Below are positions 1-9,500 of a stretch of DNA of 63,682 nucleotides, one piece after another. The notes below the pieces were generated by a model. The model was not told the DNA's origin. It saw nothing but the letters and a program-made list of their open reading frames with translations, and ran no database searches. This stretch comes from a bacterium (GTDB lineage: Bacteria; UBP15; UBA6099). The translations under genes were made by a program, and so were the position numbers. The stretch spans positions 1 through 63,682 of the forward strand of contig JBAYJY010000005.1 in assembly GCA_041664945.1 (NCBI GenBank). Direction: 5' to 3'. Position 1 is the first letter of the stretch, and every line of letters begins with the position of its first letter.

Positions 1-60
1 CGAAAAGAAGGGATCGGCGGCGCCGCTTCCCTATAGCCGCCGCCTCTGAAATAATCCAAA

Positions 61-972
61 TTGAATGACGCTGACAAACAAGCGCACGGAAGTTCACTTT
101 CTCCATTCGGCGACTCATGGCCCGCGGACGGAGGCGGAAAGAAAGCCGAGGCATTCTCAGAAAGAACGATCCGCGCGCTCTCGAAGCTTTTCCGCGAGAT
201 TGTTTTCTCGAATGAATTCGCCGCGCGCGACGGCCTGATGCAGCGGCTGGACCCGCGCGTTAAGCTCATAACCATCCTCTCCTTGATAGTCGCCGTAAGC
301 CTGTGCCGCCGCGCTGAATTCCTCGCGGCGTTCTACGCTGCGACGCTCGCGCTTGCGCTCGCCTCCGGAATTCCGGCCCTGTTTTTCATCAAGCGCGTCT
401 GGTTTTTCATACCCCTGTTTTCAGGCGTAATTGCGCTGCCGGCGCTCGTCACGGTTCCCGGCGAAACGCTCGCGCATTTGTTCCAACTCGGCGCATGGAA
501 TGTCAACATAACGCATCAGGGCGCCCAATCGGCTCTGATATTCGTGCTGCGCGTCGCCGCCTCCGTCTCGTTCATCGTTTTGCTGACGCTGACGACAAAA
601 TGGACCTCGCTTCTTCGCGCGCTGTCTTCCGTCAAGGTTCCAACTATCTTCGTGATGATTCTCGGAATCAGCTACAGATACATATTTTTCATGCTCTCTT
701 TCATAGAAGAGCTATACATGGCGAGGCGAAGCCGCTCAGTGCGGCCCGCCGACCGCCGCGGCGGTCGCGAGTTCGTGGCCAGCCGGATGGGCGCCACTCT
801 CTCGCGCACTTTGCGCATGAGCGACAATGTTTACGAGGCGATGGTCTCCCGCGGCTTCACCGGCGAGGCGCGCTTCATCGAGACGGCGCGCCCTGGGGCC
901 GCCGACCTGTTTTGGACCGCATGCGTCGCGTGCGGGATTATCGCCGCCTACTTCGCCGGGGGATTCAGATGA
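61..972 (+). CDS. cbiQ: ECF/cobalt-type transporter transmembrane T component (CbiQ/EcfT family)
   Basis: 303-aa ORF with TTG start at 61 (ATG alternative at 238). Several hydrophobic helices, an LDPRVKL motif ahead of TM1 and a cytoplasmic MARRSRS coupling-helix-like motif. Its stop overlaps the ATG of the downstream ABC ATPase (ATGA at 969-972). Confidence 0.7.
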   Translation: MNDADKQAHGSSLSPFGDSWPADGGGKKAEAFSERTIRALSKLFREIVFSNEFAARDGLMQRLDPRVKLITILSLIVAVSLCRRAEFLAAFYAATLALALASGIPALFFIKRVWFFIPLFSGVIALPALVTVPGETLAHLFQLGAWNVNITHQGAQSALIFVLRVAASVSFIVLLTLTTKWTSLLRALSSVKVPTIFVMILGISYRYIFFMLSFIEELYMARRSRSVRPADRRGGREFVASRMGATLSRTLRMSDNVYEAMVSRGFTGEARFIETARPGAADLFWTACVACGIIAAYFAGGFR

Positions 973-1820
973 ATATATTCGAAGCGGATCTTGTTTCATA
1001 CTCTTACGCGGGCCGTTATCCGGCTCTGCTCGACGTCAGCCTGAACATCGCTCCCGGCGAAAAAGTTGCGCTTCTCGGCGCCAACGGGTCCGGGAAATCC
1101 ACTCTTCTCCGCATGCTGGACGGCCTGATCTTCGCAGACTCGGGATCGGTTAAATTCATGGGCCGCGAGCTTTCCGAAGACACGTTGCGCGGCGCGGCGA
1201 ATAGTTTCTTCAGAAGCAAAGTGGGCCTCCTGTTCCAGAATCCGGAGATACAGCTTTTTTCGCCGACCGTATGGGACGACATTTTGTTCGGGCCCGCGCA
1301 ACTCGGCCTTCCGCGCGACGAGGCTGTCAGCCGCGCCGAATCCGCCCTCACCGCCCTGCGCATCGAGCGCCTCCGGGACCGCGCGCCTCACGAACTCAGC
1401 CTGGGAGAAAAAAAACGCGCGGCCATCGCCTGCATCATGGCGCTCAACCCCGACGTTCTGCTGCTCGACGAGCCGACTTCCGGCCTCGACCCGCGAAGCT
1501 GCCGCGACCTGATGGACATCGTGATCGAGGCGAGCGAAAAAGGGAAAACCGTCGTCACGGCGACGCACGACCTTCACTTCGTCTCCGAACTCGCGGACAG
1601 GGTTTACGTCTTCGGCGAGGATAAGCGCATAATCGCCGAGGGGCCTGTCTCCGTGATTCTCGCCGACGAGGACAAACTGCGCGAATGGAACCTCGAACAC
1701 GCGCACCGACACCGACACACGGGCAAATGGCACGAGCACGAACACGACCACATCGGCCACGCCCACCGCCACGGCGACGCCCACAGCCACGATTCTCACG
1801 ATCATAAACACGGCGATTGA
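969..1820 (+). CDS. cbiO: ECF/cobalt-type ABC transporter ATPase (CbiO/EcfA family) with C-terminal His-rich tail
   Basis: Start taken at ATG 969 (MNIFEADLVSYSY...). The 495 ORF start lies inside cbiQ in another frame. Walker A GANGSGKST, ABC signature LSLGEKKR, Walker B VLLLDEPTSGLD. The last 41 residues contain 16 His. Confidence 0.85.
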   Translation: MNIFEADLVSYSYAGRYPALLDVSLNIAPGEKVALLGANGSGKSTLLRMLDGLIFADSGSVKFMGRELSEDTLRGAANSFFRSKVGLLFQNPEIQLFSPTVWDDILFGPAQLGLPRDEAVSRAESALTALRIERLRDRAPHELSLGEKKRAAIACIMALNPDVLLLDEPTSGLDPRSCRDLMDIVIEASEKGKTVVTATHDLHFVSELADRVYVFGEDKRIIAEGPVSVILADEDKLREWNLEHAHRHRHTGKWHEHEHDHIGHAHRHGDAHSHDSHDHKHGD

Positions 1821-1879
1821 ACCTCGATTCTTAATGATGATATAATTAACCCGCATCAGACATGATGGAGGATTGAATC

Positions 1880-2806
1880 ATGGTGAAAATAGTAGTCGTT
1901 GGAAGTTTCGTGATGGATTTCATATTCAAAACGCCAAGGCGCCCGCTCAAGGGCGAAAGCGTTATCGGAAAATCGTTCAACATGGCGCCTGGCGGCAAAG
2001 GCGCAAATCAGGCGATGCAGGCGGCGCTTCTCGGCGCGCAGGTCCACATGGTCGGCCGCGTCGGAGCCGACGTTTTCGGAGACCAGATTCTGGAGAGCCT
2101 TTCAGGCGCCGGAGTCAACGTCGACTATGTGAAGCGCGACCCGGCGGGCACCGGCTGCTCGGCCATCGTGCTCGACGAGGACGGCGACAACAGCATCGTC
2201 ATGGTCCCATGCTCGAACATGGTCTGCCGGCCTGAGGACGTCGTCGCGGCGGAGGAAGTTATTAAGCAGGCTGACATGCTGCTCCTGCAACTCGAAATAC
2301 CTATGAAGGTGAACGAGAAAGCGGTGAAAATCGCGCGCAAGCATAACGTGCCGGTGATCATGGACCCGGCGCCGGCGTGCGCTCTCGAGGACTTTTACTA
2401 TAAAAACGTTCAGATAATGAAACCGAACGAAACAGAGGCGCAGATACTGAGCGGGATGAACGTGACGGACGCGGCGAGCGCGGAAGAGGCGGCGCGCGAG
2501 ATATCCTCGCGCGGCGTGGAGACGGTGATCGTTACTCTCGGAAGCGCCGGCGTTTTGTTGCTGGACAAAGACAAGGCCGTCCACGTCCCCACCGCGAAAG
2601 TAGATGTCGTGGACACGACCGCCGCGGGCGATTCGTTCACAGGCGGCCTCGCCGTGTTCATCGCCGAGGGAAAACCGATCGAGGAAGCGGTCCGGCTGGC
2701 CAACTGCGTCGCCGCGCTCTCCACAACGCGGCTCGGCGCGCAACCGTCGTTGCCGAACCGCGACGCGGTCGAAGCGTTCATTTCAAAATGCGAAAACGGA
2801 CGCTGA
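1880..2806 (+). CDS. rbsK: ribokinase (PfkB family sugar kinase)
   Basis: 308 aa. PfkB signatures GGKGANQA near the N-terminus and DTTAAGDSFTGG near the C-terminus, with overall ribokinase-like layout. Confidence 0.8.
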   Translation: MVKIVVVGSFVMDFIFKTPRRPLKGESVIGKSFNMAPGGKGANQAMQAALLGAQVHMVGRVGADVFGDQILESLSGAGVNVDYVKRDPAGTGCSAIVLDEDGDNSIVMVPCSNMVCRPEDVVAAEEVIKQADMLLLQLEIPMKVNEKAVKIARKHNVPVIMDPAPACALEDFYYKNVQIMKPNETEAQILSGMNVTDAASAEEAAREISSRGVETVIVTLGSAGVLLLDKDKAVHVPTAKVDVVDTTAAGDSFTGGLAVFIAEGKPIEEAVRLANCVAALSTTRLGAQPSLPNRDAVEAFISKCENGR

Positions 2807-2865
2807 GTTTTCGGCCATCTGAAAACGGATTGATAATGCTTTGAGAATAATCCGGATTGATTTTT

Positions 2866-3615
2866 CTATCTTATAACGAGTTCCAGCCTGTTGCGAACCG
2901 GCATGGGGCTTCCCGCGGAAAAAGCCGCCAGCTTCCCGTCCTGAAAATCCGCATAACGATTCGACACCGCGAGCCCGTACACCGGGTCGCCGTACCCCCA
3001 CCGCTCGACGCGCTTGCCGTCGCGGGCGAAATACTCCTCGCTCGTCGGACGGCCAAGCACAATCAAAACCTGCTGCTTGTTCATCCCGAGCGCCAGAATT
3101 CGACGTCCCACATACCACGCGGAGACTCGATTCATATTAGGATAGATTCTTTTTACCGCTCTCGCCCGTTCGTCGTTTCTGAGCAACTCGACATCCACAA
3201 GCTTGTTTCTCATGTCTTTAATTCCGGGATTTACCGGCCTGAGAAAAACTTCCGGCGGGCACGACTCGATTTTCTTTACGCTATATTTGCCTTCGTCGCT
3301 ACGCGGAACCGCTATCGTTTCGATCTTCAGGTCGTAATCTATTCCGTTGACGGGACAACGCTTGAAGCTGCCGGTTTTCACCGGGACCATCTCATTGGGA
3401 TAAACGAATTTTTTGTAATAATATCGATGCCAGTAGCCGCCGGCTGCCAGCCCGAAAAACATGATGATCAGAAGCGCATACGCCAACCGCTCATCCGCGT
3501 GGCTAAAAGCCCGCTCCTTTTCCCCGGAGCGGTCGCCGCACCACGGGCAGCGCGTCCGGTCCGCGGGGATCGTTCTATAGCACTTAGTGCATGGCCTTGC
3601 GATACGCGTCATCAT
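2866..3615 (-). CDS. membrane-anchored zinc-ribbon protein with BamE/SmpA-OmlA-like C-terminal region, function unknown
   Basis: 249 aa. N-terminal CTKC...CPWC zinc ribbon and one TM helix (LAYALLIIMFFGLAAGGYW). The C-terminal GMNKQQVLIVLGRPTSEE...WGYGD resembles BamE-type lipoprotein folds. Confidence 0.55.
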   Translation of the reverse strand: MMTRIARPCTKCYRTIPADRTRCPWCGDRSGEKERAFSHADERLAYALLIIMFFGLAAGGYWHRYYYKKFVYPNEMVPVKTGSFKRCPVNGIDYDLKIETIAVPRSDEGKYSVKKIESCPPEVFLRPVNPGIKDMRNKLVDVELLRNDERARAVKRIYPNMNRVSAWYVGRRILALGMNKQQVLIVLGRPTSEEYFARDGKRVERWGYGDPVYGLAVSNRYADFQDGKLAAFSAGSPMPVRNRLELVIR

Positions 3616-3696
3616 TCAGTTCGTTTCTAAAAAATGCGTCAGTAAATATTAAAGCACAAACTGCCTAACTTATAAACCGCCCCGCCCGTTTCTTTG

Positions 3697-3725
3697 TTGA
3701 CGATATTTTTTTTCGATGTTACTCT
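3697..3725 (+). promoter_or_regulatory. sigma70-like promoter candidate for the FmdB-type gene
   Basis: TTGACG (3697-3702), 17-nt spacer ending in TG, then TACTCT (3720-3725). It lies about 100 nt upstream of ATG 3827. Confidence 0.3.
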
Positions 3726-3826
3726 TTGGACAGGGAAACGCAAAGCTTTTCGAATACGGCGAAGCTTCCTCAAAGATTGCGCGCGGCGCGGACGCCTCAA
3801 ATACGGCAGACGGAAAACGTGAGAGA

Positions 3827-4327
3827 ATGATTACGCTCGTATACATCTGCAACAAGTGCAAAGGCGATGCTGAATCCCGCACGTTCGAGATCGAATACAG
3901 CGACATGAAAGCCGCCGGGACGGCGCCCGCTCCCGTCTGCCCGCGGTGCGGAAGCGTAAAAGCGGTGACCCGCTTCTTCGGCCACAACATTTTCTGCCCG
4001 GCCAAAAGCAATAAAAATCCGCTGCCCGCACGCTTTGCGCCGATGGAAAACCAGTCCTCCGGCGCAGTCGTTTCAATCGGCATGCGATTCGACGAGGGCG
4101 AAAAGGAAATATTCAACAAAACCATCGGCGAACTCATCAGCGCCGGACAAACCGAGAAAATCGACGACCCGGAAATCGACATCCCCGGAGAAAAACTCGG
4201 CCTGAAAAAAGGAACTCTCGACCGCGCGCTCTTCGACATCCGCCAAAAACATATGATTGAAGAATTAGAACAGGGCAAAAAAATCAGCGGTTTCTACCTG
4301 CCGATCACTGGCGACACCGGAAACTGA
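3827..4327 (+). CDS. FmdB-family zinc-ribbon protein
   Basis: Start moved to ATG 3827 (MITLVYICNKCKG...), preceded by GAGAGA. N-terminal CNKC...CPRC putative regulatory zinc ribbon typical of the FmdB family. The longer ORF from 3716 would begin inside the candidate promoter. Confidence 0.55.
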   Translation: MITLVYICNKCKGDAESRTFEIEYSDMKAAGTAPAPVCPRCGSVKAVTRFFGHNIFCPAKSNKNPLPARFAPMENQSSGAVVSIGMRFDEGEKEIFNKTIGELISAGQTEKIDDPEIDIPGEKLGLKKGTLDRALFDIRQKHMIEELEQGKKISGFYLPITGDTGN

Positions 4328-4378
4328 CAGCTAACCCCCACATGTAATCTTTCATCTTGTTATAACTTCACTTCCTCT

Positions 4379-4572
4379 AACGCTTCGCTTTGTTTTGTAA
4401 TTCCTTTTTTATTCTGTCATTCCGAGCGAAGCGAGGAATCTCCAATTAAACAACCGTTATCATTGGCAATTGGGGTTTAAAGAAAGAAAAAGCGAATTAA
4501 AGTTTTCCGCTTCGCTCGAAATGACAAAGTTGCGGCGGGGAAATAACAAAATTAGCGCGAAGGAATGTTAAA
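4379..4572. repeat. REP/MITE-like palindromic repeat cluster
   Basis: TGTCATTCCGAGCGAAGCGAGGAA (4415-4438) is repeated in inverted orientation at 4503-4526 (20/24 match). Partial copies occur at about 4381-4389 (CGCTTCGCT) and 4554-4567 (AGCGCGAAGGAATG). Non-coding, between convergent genes. Confidence 0.55.
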
Positions 4573-4605
4573 AATTGGAAAACAAAACGCGCCCGGCGAA
4601 AAAAC

Positions 4606-6000
4606 TCATTCCCTTTCCTCGATCGGGATGTCATATTTTTTCAGCATCCTGTAAAAGCAACTTCGTTCTATTCCGCTCTTGCGCGAAGCCTCGCTGATGT
4701 TGCTTCCGCTGCGATTGAGAAGTTCCGTGAAATAATCCTTGTTGAATTTTTTGACGACGAGATTCTTAGCGTCCTTATAAGTGCGTTCGGCGAGATCCTT
4801 GATGCCTTCGGAAGTTACGCCGGTTTCGACAAGCGACTTAAGCGGCTCCTGCAGGTGGCGCGGGTGTATCGTCCTGTCGTCGCAGAAAATGATATTGCGC
4901 TCCATGTGATTCTCCAGCTCGCGAACGTTGCCCGGCCAATTGTAATAGGCGAAAACAGACAGCGCTTCCGGGCTGATCCCGTCGACATTTTTAGAAAATT
5001 TTTCGTTGAACTGAGCGATAAAATGAGTGACGAGATCGGGAATATCCTCGAGCCGCTTCCTGAGCGGCGGAACCACGAGGTGAATTACGTTGAGCCTGTA
5101 ATATAGGTCCTCGCGGAACTTGCCCTGCCGGACCGCCTGTTCGAGATTCCTATTCGTCGCGGCTATGACGCGCACATGAACCTTCACCGTGCGGTTGTCG
5201 CCGACGCGCGAGAATTCCCCCTCCTGCAAAACACGCAGAAGCCGCGTCTGAAGATGCGGGCTGAACTCCGCGATCTCGTCGAGAAAAATCGTGCCGCCGT
5301 CCGCGGCCTCGAAGTAGCCTTCCTTGTCGCGGTGCGCTCCCGTGAACGCGCCCTTCACATGCCCGAACAATTCGCTCTCCAGCAAATTCTCCGCCAGCGA
5401 CGCGCAGTCGACCGTCACGAACGCCTTGTCGCGCAGAAACCCGTTGAAATGGATCGCCTTCGCTATCAGTTCCTTGCCCGTGCCGCTTTCTCCGGTGACC
5501 AGCACGCTGCTCCGCGTGTCCTTGATCTTGTCCATGACGCGGTAGACACCCTGCATAGTGTCGCCGACGCCGATTATGTTGCTGAATGAAAACTGTTTCC
5601 GTATCTGATTCTTGAGCGCGACATTCTCGGCCAGCAGGCGCTTGTGCTCGACCGCCCGCCGCAGAATCATGTCCACCTCATCGAGGTTGAACGGCTTCGT
5701 TATGTAATCAAACGCGCCCTCTTTCATCGCCCTGACAGCCGTCTCAACCGTTCCGTGCCCGGTTACAATTATGACCGGCAACTGCGGGTCCCGCTTTTTT
5801 ATCTCCGCGAGCAGCGCGAGGCCGTCCATCCCTGGCATCACCAGGTCCGTAATCACCGCTTCCGGCTGCTCGGCTTCCAGAAGTTCGAGCGCGGCGGCGC
5901 CGGAAAGCGCTGTCGCCACCTCCCAGCCGATCGACTCAAGGCCTTTCGAGAAACTGTTCAGTATTCTCTCTTCGTCATCCACCAGAAGCGCTTTTTGCAT
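4606..6000 (-). CDS. sigma54-dependent response regulator (NtrC/AtoC family: REC, AAA+, Fis-type HTH)
   Basis: 464 aa. REC acceptor region VITDLVMPGMDG, AAA+ Walker A GESGTGKE, sigma54-contact GAFTGA motif, C-terminal HTH (ISEASRKSGIERSCFYRMLKKY). Confidence 0.9.
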   Translation of the reverse strand: MQKALLVDDEERILNSFSKGLESIGWEVATALSGAAALELLEAEQPEAVITDLVMPGMDGLALLAEIKKRDPQLPVIIVTGHGTVETAVRAMKEGAFDYITKPFNLDEVDMILRRAVEHKRLLAENVALKNQIRKQFSFSNIIGVGDTMQGVYRVMDKIKDTRSSVLVTGESGTGKELIAKAIHFNGFLRDKAFVTVDCASLAENLLESELFGHVKGAFTGAHRDKEGYFEAADGGTIFLDEIAEFSPHLQTRLLRVLQEGEFSRVGDNRTVKVHVRVIAATNRNLEQAVRQGKFREDLYYRLNVIHLVVPPLRKRLEDIPDLVTHFIAQFNEKFSKNVDGISPEALSVFAYYNWPGNVRELENHMERNIIFCDDRTIHPRHLQEPLKSLVETGVTSEGIKDLAERTYKDAKNLVVKKFNKDYFTELLNRSGSNISEASRKSGIERSCFYRMLKKYDIPIEERE

Positions 6001-6001
6001 A

Positions 6002-7153
6002 TCAGAGGTCCTCTTTCAGAAAGTCGTTCCACAAAAACTTCTTCAAATTGTTGAGCCACATATCGGCGAGCGCATCCTCCGATTCGGCGTTGTTGACGTC
6101 CACATCGCCCTTGAGAGCCCGCGCGATCACCGTGTTGCGGGCGATCAGACCGGCGCCGCCGGCGTCGCTTATTTTTTTCACCTCATATATTCCCACTTTT
6201 GCCGCAAATAAACGGTTGAGTGCCGCCACGATCCTGCGGGCGCGAAGATAGGGCGAGCCCTGCTCGCCTGCGTCGCCTATTCGCAACAGCTCCCCCTGGG
6301 GGCCTTTGATCGCGCCGTAGCATTTCTTCCCGTTCTCCTCGCACACCTCCATCGCAATCAGCCGCCCCGCGATCTCATAATTCAAACCCTTGGGGGGTTC
6401 AAGCCCCAGCCGCCTGAAATTCTCGGCGATCAGCTCTATTCTCAATTCCATTGGCGGATGCGAGTCGTAATAGTCATAGAGCATATCCGGACTGTGCGTT
6501 TCGTACCTCTGAAGCTTCATTATAAAACGCATGAAACCGGCCGGGTCGTAACCGGCTTTATAAGCGTATTCGAGGCCGAACCGGTCGGCTTCAATCTCGG
6601 CGCTACGTCCGTAAATGTCCGCTCTCGACTGCTGCATCATCTGCCCGGCCACAATCGCATTCGGGTCCCGGGTCAGCACCAATATCAGAAAATTGACCAT
6701 CGCGTCCTTCATGCTTTTCTTATACATGACCACGCCGTGCTTTTTCGCGATGTGCGTGACCTCATGCGCTATGACGGACGCCAGTTCGTCGTCATCGTCA
6801 ACGAAATCCATGAGGCCGCTCGTCATGAAAATATAGCCCCCGGGGAGAGCGAACGCGTTAATCATATCGCTGTCGATAACATAGAAATGGTATTCAATTC
6901 CCGTGCGGTCGCATATCTTGACGACTTCGCGGCCGATGGCGCTCACGCGGCGGGCCTCCGCTGCGTCGCCGGTAAGCCCGTAATATTTTATGACCGCTTC
7001 GGCCGCCTCCTTGCCCAGCTTCACTTCTTTCACTTCATCCAGGTCCAAAAAACCCGCGCGCGCCGGCGCCGACAGCATTGCGGCCGCGAACGCTACGGCG
7101 AAAATGAACTGAATTATTTTCAACGCTTTTCGATCTGCGCTCGGTTTTCTCAA
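6002..7153 (-). CDS. M48-family zinc metallopeptidase, exported
   Basis: 383 aa. N-terminal signal/anchor (IFAVAFAAAMLSAPARA) and HEVTHIAKKH (HExxH). Its stop lies 1 nt from the start of the NtrC-type gene. Confidence 0.75.
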   Translation of the reverse strand: MRKPSADRKALKIIQFIFAVAFAAAMLSAPARAGFLDLDEVKEVKLGKEAAEAVIKYYGLTGDAAEARRVSAIGREVVKICDRTGIEYHFYVIDSDMINAFALPGGYIFMTSGLMDFVDDDDELASVIAHEVTHIAKKHGVVMYKKSMKDAMVNFLILVLTRDPNAIVAGQMMQQSRADIYGRSAEIEADRFGLEYAYKAGYDPAGFMRFIMKLQRYETHSPDMLYDYYDSHPPMELRIELIAENFRRLGLEPPKGLNYEIAGRLIAMEVCEENGKKCYGAIKGPQGELLRIGDAGEQGSPYLRARRIVAALNRLFAAKVGIYEVKKISDAGGAGLIARNTVIARALKGDVDVNNAESEDALADMWLNNLKKFLWNDFLKEDL

Positions 7154-7239
7154 CTCGAAATCATCTCCGGGTCTTGCCTGCGCGCGGCATCCGCTGCGCG
7201 GCAGCGATTCTGTATATAAGTATTATAAGAAAATGAGCA

Positions 7240-8046
7240 TCAACCCGCGGAGTCGCGCCATCGCACAGTGACCTCCGCGCCTGCCGGGAGGCCGATCGAT
7301 TCGCGCGCGCTTCCGCGCGACACCGCGATCTCCAAATGCCCCGTGCTGCCGATGTATGCGAGCAACTCGCCCTGCTGCTTGTCCGTAAACGTGCGAGACA
7401 AACCCATGATGGTGAACGAGCCTATCCTCACGAGCAGCGGCGGCCCCTCGAAACGGCTCATGCGTTCTTCCGTTATATTTGTGATATAGCTGCCGTAATG
7501 GTCGATATGCACGGCGGAGCCGGCAATAGCGTTCGCCGAGACGGAAAGTTTCGCGCTTTCCAGCGCCGCCGGCCTCAAAATCGGAGGCCCCACCTCGTCG
7601 AACGGAAAGCCGGTCGCGAGCCGCGCCGCCGCCGGCGCGAAAATGTCGCGGCCGTGGAACGTCGCGCTGACATCTTCCCTTATCAGTTCAGGATTCTCTA
7701 TCAGCCGCGCCCGGCAGCCGTCTTTGCAGGCATCCAGAACCATCGTCAGGAGGCCGTTGTCCGGCAGCGCGAAATAGTAGCCTCCGGCTGCCACCGCTAT
7801 CGGCGCCCGCGGGCCGCCCACTCCGGGGTCGACCACCGCCACATGCACCGTTCCCGGCGGATACAGCGCGTAATACGTCGACAGAATGTACGCCGCCGAA
7901 GCCAGATTGAACGGCGCAGCCTGATGCGTTATGTCAACTATCTTTATGTCCGGATCGACCGACAGGATGACGCCCTTCATGCTTCCGGCGTAAGCGTCAC
8001 GGTCGCCGAAATCGGTCATAAGCGTGATTATCGAGGAATCACTCAT
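7240..8046 (-). CDS. SAM hydroxide adenosyltransferase-like protein (DUF62 family)
   Basis: 268 aa. The N-terminal ITLMTDFGDRDAYAGSMKGVILS block and overall length match the DUF62 (chlorinase/fluorinase-related) family. Confidence 0.7.
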   Translation of the reverse strand: MSDSSIITLMTDFGDRDAYAGSMKGVILSVDPDIKIVDITHQAAPFNLASAAYILSTYYALYPPGTVHVAVVDPGVGGPRAPIAVAAGGYYFALPDNGLLTMVLDACKDGCRARLIENPELIREDVSATFHGRDIFAPAAARLATGFPFDEVGPPILRPAALESAKLSVSANAIAGSAVHIDHYGSYITNITEERMSRFEGPPLLVRIGSFTIMGLSRTFTDKQQGELLAYIGSTGHLEIAVSRGSARESIGLPAGAEVTVRWRDSAG

Positions 8047-8374
8047 TTTCGCCCGCCGCGTTTTCTTCTATCCATCTCAGGTAGTCCGCGTCTCCGTCCG
8101 AGAGAGGCAGAGCCACAATTTCCGGGACTTCATACGAATGCGCCGCCCGAACCGCCACTCGCAAAGCCTCGAACGTCGAGACCTTTGTTTTCGCTATCAG
8201 AAGAACCTCGGCCGCGCTCTCGACCGCGCCTTTCCAGCGGTAAACCGACTGTATCGGGCCGACGCGCGTCACGCATGCGGCAAGCCGCTTTTCGACAAGC
8301 AGCGACGCAATCCGTTCGGCTTCTTCCTCGCCGCCGGCGGTTATGTACACCGCGCAATAGTCCGCAGCATTCAT
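8039..8374 (-). CDS. cutA: divalent-cation tolerance protein CutA
   Basis: 111 aa. CutA1-like core AACV...SVYRWKG...E..L..KT...YEVPEI. Overlaps the DUF62 gene by 8 nt. Confidence 0.8.
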   Translation of the reverse strand: MNAADYCAVYITAGGEEEAERIASLLVEKRLAACVTRVGPIQSVYRWKGAVESAAEVLLIAKTKVSTFEALRVAVRAAHSYEVPEIVALPLSDGDADYLRWIEENAAGENE

Positions 8375-8399
8375 TTCAGTTCGCCTCCGCTCCCTCCGC

Positions 8400-9500
8400 T
8401 CACTGGTGAGCGATGACGCGGTTCCTTCCGCAGGCCTTCGCGAGATACAACGCCTGATCCGCTTTGTTTATCACGCCCGCCGCGTCATCCGCGTCGTCGG
8501 GATACACCGCGACTCCGATGCTTATCGTAATAGTCCGCGAAATCTCCTCGCCGTCGGAATAAAATGTGAACGGCGTCGAGCCGACCGCTTCACGAACGAG
8601 CTCGGCCTTCGCCACGGCCTCTTTTTTTTCTATATTCGTCAACAGAACGGTAAACTCTTCGCCTCCGAAACGGCAGACGATGCCCGAACTGTCAGCCGCA
8701 TTCCTGAGCCGCTCGCCCAAGGCTATAAGAACCTGATCGCCGGCCGGATGTCCGTGCATGTCGTTGATCTGCTTGAAGTGGTCCAGGTCCGCCATCAGCA
8801 TCGCCACGGACGAGTTGCGGTGAGTCGCTCGGCTCATGTCGCGGTCCAGTCGGTTCATGAAATACCTGCGGTTGAACAGGCCGGTCAATTCATCGGTAGT
8901 CGCGAGCTGATACAGCTTCGAGTTATCGAGCGCCACGGCGCAGTAGTTGGTGATCGTCGTCAGGAACTGCCATTCGCCCCTTCCGTATTCGAGGTTTTTC
9001 GGTTTGCAGATCATAAGAAAACCGATTTCCTTGTTTTTGAGGACGAGCGGAATAAAAGAAGTCTGAAGGCTTTTAATAAAACCGAGGTTCGAGAAATAGC
9101 TGCTCCATTCGTCGGAGCCGACCACTTCGTCCCACCTCGTGTTCTCGTTGATGTCGAAAGGCACGTTGAGCTGGTCGGCCACCTGCTCTTCGGCGCCGCG
9201 TTCCCTGTAGCGCAGCATAAGCCCCGTCCGTTCGTCGAAAAGCGCTATCATGCAGAATCGCACCACGGAGAAAAAATCCATGATCAGATCCACTACCATC
9301 TCCTGAATCTCATGCCAGTCCATCACGAACGTGATCCGGCGCATCATGGAATAGAGAAGGTCGAGCTCTCGTTCCTTCTCGTCGATGCTGTTCTTAAGTT
9401 CTGCGTTTTCGTGGATTAATTCGGACGCGATCGTGCGAAGAACGCTAAAGTCCTTCTCAAGATGACCATAGGAGCTATCCTGATCCGAAGCCATAACCAA
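8400..9500 (-). CDS. diguanylate cyclase (GAF-like sensor plus GGDEF)
   Basis: 366 aa. C-terminal GGDEF domain with an intact active site (RFGGEEFTVLL) and LTGLFNRRYF linker. The N-terminal roughly 190 aa are GAF-like. Confidence 0.8.
   Translation of the reverse strand: MVMASDQDSSYGHLEKDFSVLRTIASELIHENAELKNSIDEKERELDLLYSMMRRITFVMDWHEIQEMVVDLIMDFFSVVRFCMIALFDERTGLMLRYRERGAEEQVADQLNVPFDINENTRWDEVVGSDEWSSYFSNLGFIKSLQTSFIPLVLKNKEIGFLMICKPKNLEYGRGEWQFLTTITNYCAVALDNSKLYQLATTDELTGLFNRRYFMNRLDRDMSRATHRNSSVAMLMADLDHFKQINDMHGHPAGDQVLIALGERLRNAADSSGIVCRFGGEEFTVLLTNIEKKEAVAKAELVREAVGSTPFTFYSDGEEISRTITISIGVAVYPDDADDAAGVINKADQALYLAKACGRNRVIAHQ

Noticed and set aside
495-968. N-terminal 158 codons of the 441-aa ORF 495-1820
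   Set aside because: They lie inside cbiQ in another frame, are Arg-rich with no motif, and the ABC domain begins exactly at ATG 969, which overlaps the cbiQ stop. They are an ORF-caller extension, not coding.
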